From Podarcis gaigeae (Eukaryota): DNA of 64,000 nucleotides. Positions within the stretch are counted from its first letter, which is position 1. Every line of letters begins with the position of its first letter. The notes beneath the pieces are model-generated. The model made no database searches. It was given only the letters and a program-made list of their open reading frames with translations, and was not told the origin of the DNA. Shown piece by piece: positions 58,383-64,000 of this stretch. The translations under genes were made by a program, and so were the position numbers. The DNA is taken from assembly GCA_964106915.2 (NCBI GenBank), contig OZ066919.1. One strand, written 5' to 3'.

Positions 58383-60171
58383 TGAAATATACACGGAGTC
58401 AAGAGTGGATTTCATGCTCAGCTCGTAGTGGTGAGGAGGAATGGCGTTTCCCCCAGAATGTCTGCTTTATATACATTATTTACACAATGGGCCCCACGTG
58501 ATTGGCTAATTCCGGGATTCTCCTGTAGGCCAATCAGGTTGCAGATTAACTTCCACCTGGAGCTGGATTGGGTGGCTCCTGTGGACCAATCAGACTGCTG
58601 CATTCTGGATCCTATTGTTCAGACTGCTGCATTTTGGATCCTATTGAACTCCTCCCCTCTAAGTTCCAGTCCTGCCCAGGAGGTTGCATTCATAGTCCTC
58701 AAGGTACGCCGGCTGCCTACGTGTGTGTTGCGGCCTGGGGTGTTCCCTGGTCAGGGGTTTGGGTTCTGGCTCGTTTTCTGAGGATGCTGGCTGCAGTGGG
58801 GCTGTTTGGTCTGGCGCAACCGGCTCGCTCAGTCTTGGCTCTGGTTCCGGTGTCCATTTCTGGAAGTCCCAGAGGGTGAATGGGGCCGGCCTGAGTTTGG
58901 GACCCCAAGTAGGGCACAGTTTTCTTAAGGTCCTTGCCAAGATTATGGATAGAGTTGAACCTGTGTCAAGCTCCATGCGGCATGGGCCCCCCTCTATCTG
59001 TACCTCTACATGAATTTTCTCTATGTTGGGGTGGGGCAACTGGTATACCTGGCAGTCCGTGATCTCTGTGAGTTGCCTTGGTGCGTTGGGCCCTGGGACC
59101 TGGGCTCTTGGATCGGTCATCCGATGCCTGGCGACACACCTGAGCAATGTGTCCCAGTTTTCTGCACTGCCTGCACTCTGAGTTGCGGAAACAGCAGGTC
59201 CTCCTCTCGTGACTCTCCCTGCAGCTTGTGCAGTTCCCTCCTTCTTGATGAGGCAGCTGTGGTCTGTGCGCTGCTTGAGTGCGCCGCAGAACTCGGTGCA
59301 CCTCCTCCCTGTTGGATCCTGAGTCGTCGGCGAAGTTTTTGTGGTGGACCCTCGATTGGGGTTCAGGCTCGGCTGTGCCTCTTGCATCGTCCTCTTGGCA
59401 GCTTCAGTTGCCAGGGCCTCCTCTAGAGCAACCTGGAACGTTAGGTCCTTCTTAGCGTAGAGGCTCGTTGCAGCTTCTCATCCTTCAGGCCACCGACGAG
59501 GCGGTGACGAAGCATGTTCTCCAACTCTGTGAAGTTGCAGAACCGGGCAGCTTGGTGGAGAGAGGTCACAAACCCAGTTATGGTTTCCCAGGGGCTTGCC
59601 GCTTTGCGTAGAAGGCATTTCAACAAGCCACCACTGAGGGCTGTGGCGAGAAGTGCCCCTTCAGCCATTCCATTATTGTTTTGTAAGGAACAGTAGCGAC
59701 ATCTTCAGGCACAAGGAGAGCCCAGGCGATTTTGAATGTCTCCTCTCCTCAGACGCTTAAGAATATCGCCCTCTTTTTGGCGTCTTCTTCGGTGGTGACC
59801 CCTTTGGCTTCTAGGAGGAAGGTGAAATGGGAGGTGTACGCTTCCCAGTCTCCGGATGCTGGGTTGAACAGCGAGAAGCTGCTGTCGGTTGCCATGCTGA
59901 ATTCCTTGGGGCCCAGAGCTGAAGCCTGGATACACGGTGCGAGGCAGCGATGCGGCAGGTGGCGGTGCTGCAGTGCTGTGTGTGGCGGTCAGCTCAGCGG
60001 GATCCCACTTTCATCGCCAGTGAAATATATTCAGAGTCGCAAAGTGATTTCATGCTCTTTATTCAGCTCATAGTGGTGAGGAGGGAATGGAGTTTCCCCC
60101 AGAATGTCTGCTTTATATACATTATTTACATAATGGGCCCCACGTGATTGGCTGATTCTGGGATTCTCCTG
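58383..60171 (-). mobile_element. Internally deleted Ty3/Gypsy LTR retrotransposon (gag and protease remnants)
   Basis: LTR copies at 58383-58648 and 60021-60171 (partial); PBS-like TGGCGATGAAAG next to 60020; PPT AGAGGGGAGGAG at 58649-58660; zinc knuckles CTSCRESHERRTC / CRQCRKLGHIAQVC; protease MELDTGSTLSII. Confidence 0.9.
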
Positions 60172-61035
60172 GCGTCATGCTGTGGCGGCCCGGCCCACGG
60201 AGGATCTCCGCAGGAGTGATCCAAACCATGCCCAGTAAGCCTTGCCAACCCCTGGTCTATGGTAATCACTAACGAACTTAATTTGAAACTGAGAAGTTAT
60301 GCTTGTCCAAGGTAGCACTATTTAGGCTGCAATCGGATACCCACTTACTTGTGAGTAAGTCCCACTGAGCTTGATGGGGCTTACTTCTAGGCAGACATGT
60401 AAAGTTTGGCAGTAGTAGAAATTGCATTAGCAAAATTTAGATAAAGATGAATTTCCAAAGATGCCTCTGTTCCAGTTCTCAAATAGTTCCAGAAAGTGAT
60501 AATTGGATAGTTTTGCCCTGAAACATGAATTCTCAACAGTAAGTCCTGTTTCTGGTGAGATTCCAGCGGCAGAGGGTTCTGGACACATTTTCCTTGACAT
60601 GAGGGCGTTTGTGGGTCAGCCCTGAATGCAGGTGAGAAGCAGACAACACCCACTCCATGAACGTTTCTGGCAATCCGAATGCTTTCTGTCTCTCTTAGCT
60701 GCTGGTTTGGAATCTCTGGCGCAAGAGGCTGTTCCTCTTCATGTGCCATTTTCCAGAAGTTTCCCCCAAGCAGGACTGCTCCCCATCACCATCCCAGGGG
60801 CAAAATTAGTCTTCAAAAGCAGCCTATTATCTCGAAGGGAAGGAACTGGAGCAACAAAATAGCCAATGAACTATAACGGCCGTAATGTTTGAACACTTAG
60901 GATAAAATGTGAGGGGATTTCTTGAATTAATGTGATTTGTGAGCAAACTTTGCAAGAAGGGAAATTTTGCTGTGTTGGTGCTTCCATGAGCTTGAACACT
61001 GTTCATTTACATTTGCCAATGTGTTTTCTGTGCAG

Positions 61036-61085
61036 GAAGGAGTCTGAGGGCAAGATGGTTCCTAGAACTGGACACGTGATGATGG
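61036..61085 (+). CDS. PDE4DIP: PDE4DIP/myomegalin upstream exon
   Basis: TTTTCTGTGCAG| KESEGKMVPRTGHVMM |GTAAGG. Resembles the GEMVPRTSH segment I recall from a mammalian myomegalin isoform; phase 1 out. Confidence 0.7.
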
Positions 61086-62295
61086 GTAAGGTCTGCCCCA
61101 CTTGGGCTATGCTTTGATCTGCTGGTTCTAGCTCTGTGGGGTTAAGCCAGACTTGCCAGTGCCGTTTGTTGGTACTCACACCCTTTCTGGCCTGGTGAGA
61201 CCTGTGGAAGCCTGCCATCTATGGCTTCCTATAAGACAGCACACCCCAGCCGACGAGGAGAATAAACTGCTCCTCAAAGGGAGCTTCATTATAGGAATGA
61301 GGGTTTTGAAGAACATGCAACATATTGTAGGAAAAGCATTCCAGGCCAGTGGACCACTCTGTGGAACAGGCCATCCCTAAAAAGGCCCTGTAGCTCCTTT
61401 CCTGCCTCCCTGTCTCTACAGGAGTATAAGGAGAACATGCTTGCAGGATGAATCAAGTGATCTAAGATCCTTTTCCAGCAGTGGCCAACCAAATGATTTT
61501 GGGAATTGGATCAGGATGGCATGATGACAGCAGTCCTGCCCCCCCCCCAGCTGGAATTCCCTGATACATGGACACCAAACTTGGTGGCTTTAGCCAGGAT
61601 CACAATTGACCTCTGTGCATTTGTCAGCCTCAGTGTCTAGTAAATTTTAAAGCCATTTTGTGGCATCAGATTCCATAAATTACTAATGCATTATGTAAAA
61701 AAGAAACAAATGACTTTGTTTTGTCAGCCCTTAATCTGATTCTATTTCTTTGGGAAACTCAAGAGTTCTACAGATACTTTTTTCACCTTATCAACAGACA
61801 TACTTTTCATGAATCTCTATCATGTTCCCCATTAGTTATATTTCTCCCCTGATGACCCTCCCCACCCTCACTTAATGGGAAGGTGCTGTGTGGCTTGGAT
61901 CATATCTACTGCCATTTTTCATACCTTGTTCAGTGCTGTGCTATCTCCATCCTCCATTCCTTTGAGTTCTTTCTTTGTTTTCCTGTCTTTGTAATGCAAG
62001 TGTGAAACAAATGTTGGCTCTTTTTCAAGGCAGCAGGTTCAGGGGACTCTTCGTTGACAGATGCCCAGCCATGCCAACCCTTGACCCTACTCCCGTGTAA
62101 CCCCTGCCTTGGCCAGAAAGTACCTTCCATTTTAAGTAGACTGCATGAGAGAGGAACTTGCAAGAGAATGCGCTTCTGATCTCCTGGCTTTCTAGTGCCA
62201 GTGCTCTAGGGTTTTGTCTGGTGTTGTGATGAAGTTTTGCTGTGACGCAGAGATCCCCATGGTCTGAATGCACCTCTCTCCTTGCTGCTCCCCAG

Positions 62296-62534
62296 CCTTT
62301 GTTGATACCACGCAGCAGAGATGCCAGATCCAGCCACAGATCTTGAGCTTCTTCAACACGGGTCCTTTGCTGCAGACACCCAGCACCGAGGACTTGGATG
62401 TGGCTTGCTCCATGGTGCAGGTGCAGCCCAAAGTTCTGAGCGGCTTGGAGACAGCCCTTGTTGACAGCCGCCTCCCAGGAGCCTTTGACGAGAGCACCAC
62501 AGCACAGACCCAAACGCTGCGGGATTTTGAAAAG
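62296..62534 (+). CDS. PDE4DIP: PDE4DIP/myomegalin exon leading into the CM1 motif
   Basis: AFVDTTQQRCQIQPQI...AQTQTLRDFEK, donor AAG|GTAAGC; splices in frame to HLNDLKKENFSLK at 63749. Confidence 0.85.
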
Positions 62535-63718
62535 GTAAGCAGTCTGGAAGCATGGCCCCCAAACAGTCAAACCACATATTGTCCCTGAGTCCATTGGAAA
62601 TTCCCTTTACTGGGACTGAAACAGCAAGACTAAAAATCCCTCTCCCCTCCAGGTAGAAGTGCTTTTGTTTTGAAGATATTGCATTTTTCCAGCACTGATT
62701 AATGGGACGATGGGATTCTTATGCAACAAGCAGAATCTATTGTGATTTGAGCTATCCTGCGAAATACATCACAGTCCTTTCCCAAATGTACAATCCTCCT
62801 GCAAATATCTAATAGAATGTCTGCCAAGTTTGCAGAGAGGTCAGCATGGTTTGACTGCCAGGTGGGGAGAAGTATAGCAGCAGCCTAGAGGAAGCTTTAA
62901 TAATTTCTGCCCCCCACCCCATACCTTGTGGAATGAATCTTAACCTGGAAGGGTGGAACAATATTGGTGTATTTGAGTGGGAACCAAGGAAACTGCAGAT
63001 TTTCTGGCTCTTCAGGCCTCACTACTGCTCACCTGACAGTTTATATTAGTTGCTGGGCCACTGAAATACTGGCAAGGTTTGCAACCCTGGTCACAGGCCT
63101 TGTTTGGAGGTCCACCTGAGCCTTGGAAATTTTAGGGCTCACTAGGCCCATGAAGGGAAGGGAGAGGAGAGTTCTTTCCTTTCCTCAGATGTAGGATTAT
63201 GTGATGGAACCAGATCTCCAGTGGCATTTGAGGGGGTTCTCCTCTCCTTCCCCGTCGTGCTGTGCCTTGATCATGTTACTCATCCCACACCTGGCCCAGG
63301 CGCAATCTCTCTGTCTCCCTCTGCAGCGAGTGGGGCTGCCGTAGTCGCCCTGTTTCCCTCGGAGCTGCTAATCTCCTGCAGTTGGTGAGGGAAGGCTGCA
63401 GATCCCTCCACAGCCTGTCTCAGATTACACCACTTGCGAAGGGGTTCATGCAGGATGAGCGCCTGCCAAGGATTCCTCAAATACCTCCTGGAGGTAAAAA
63501 AAGAAATGGAACTGCACTCTGCCCCAGAGTTGAGCAGCAGCCCCAGAGCTGAAGGGCAGCTGACGCCCAGAGCTTTGAGCTCATCCCAATGTCTCCATAG
63601 GCATCCCAGGCCTTGTGGCTGTAGCCCATTTCTCTGGGCTTCCCCTCTTTTCTCGGCTTCACAATGTTACTGCAGTAAAAGGGGTGAGAGGAGATTTCCA
63701 CCCCATGGATCGCCCACC

Positions 63719-63859
63719 ATGTCTAATGGCTACCGTACTCTGTCTCAGCACCTCAATGACTTGAAGAAGGAGAACTTCAGCCTCAAGCTGCGCATCTACT
63801 TCTTGGAGGAGCGCATGCAGCAAAAGTATGAGGCCAGTGGGGAGGACGTCCACAGACGG
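63719..63859 (+). CDS. PDE4DIP: PDE4DIP/myomegalin exon encoding the centrosomin motif 1 (gene continues beyond the window)
   Basis: MSNGYRTLSQHLNDLKKENFSLKLRIYFLEERMQQKYEASGEDVHRR; Kozak CCACCATG; donor CGG|GTGAGC. Confidence 0.95.
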
Positions 63860-64000
63860 GTGAGCAAACAGCCCTGCGGGGCCTGGGGACTGCAGAGTCT
63901 GAGCTCGTTTGGCCCTGGAGGCAGAGCTGGGCAAGAGTTTTCTATACTACTTAACTGAAGAAAAGTCACTTCATGGAGCTAACAATGCTTCAGTGCATTG

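Overview
This is eukaryotic genomic DNA from a squamate reptile. Sauria SINEs point to a lizard or snake, and a lacertid is my guess. It is intron-rich, so most entries in the ORF track are spurious. The window holds two complete spliced genes arranged tail-to-tail: HMGCS2 (+, 9 coding exons, 16047-31406, 512 aa) and PHGDH (-, 12 exons, 43918-33265, 526 aa). The 5' exons of PDE4DIP/myomegalin (+, 61036-63859) lie at the right end, probably driven from a CpG island near 52 kb. The last three phase-compatible exons of a gene I cannot identify lie at 6129-11742, upstream of HMGCS2. The rest is mostly mobile DNA: a decayed Penelope-like (Neptune-type) element, CR1 and L2 LINE fragments, five Sauria SINE copies, Tc1/mariner- and hAT-type MITEs, and an internally deleted Ty3/Gypsy element. 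The most interesting items are (i) the unidentified gene and (ii) short palindromic insertions with 12-bp target-site duplications that carry minimal hammerhead-ribozyme motifs. I found no CRISPR arrays, rRNA genes or true tRNA genes. All coordinates were read by eye, and no database search was run.
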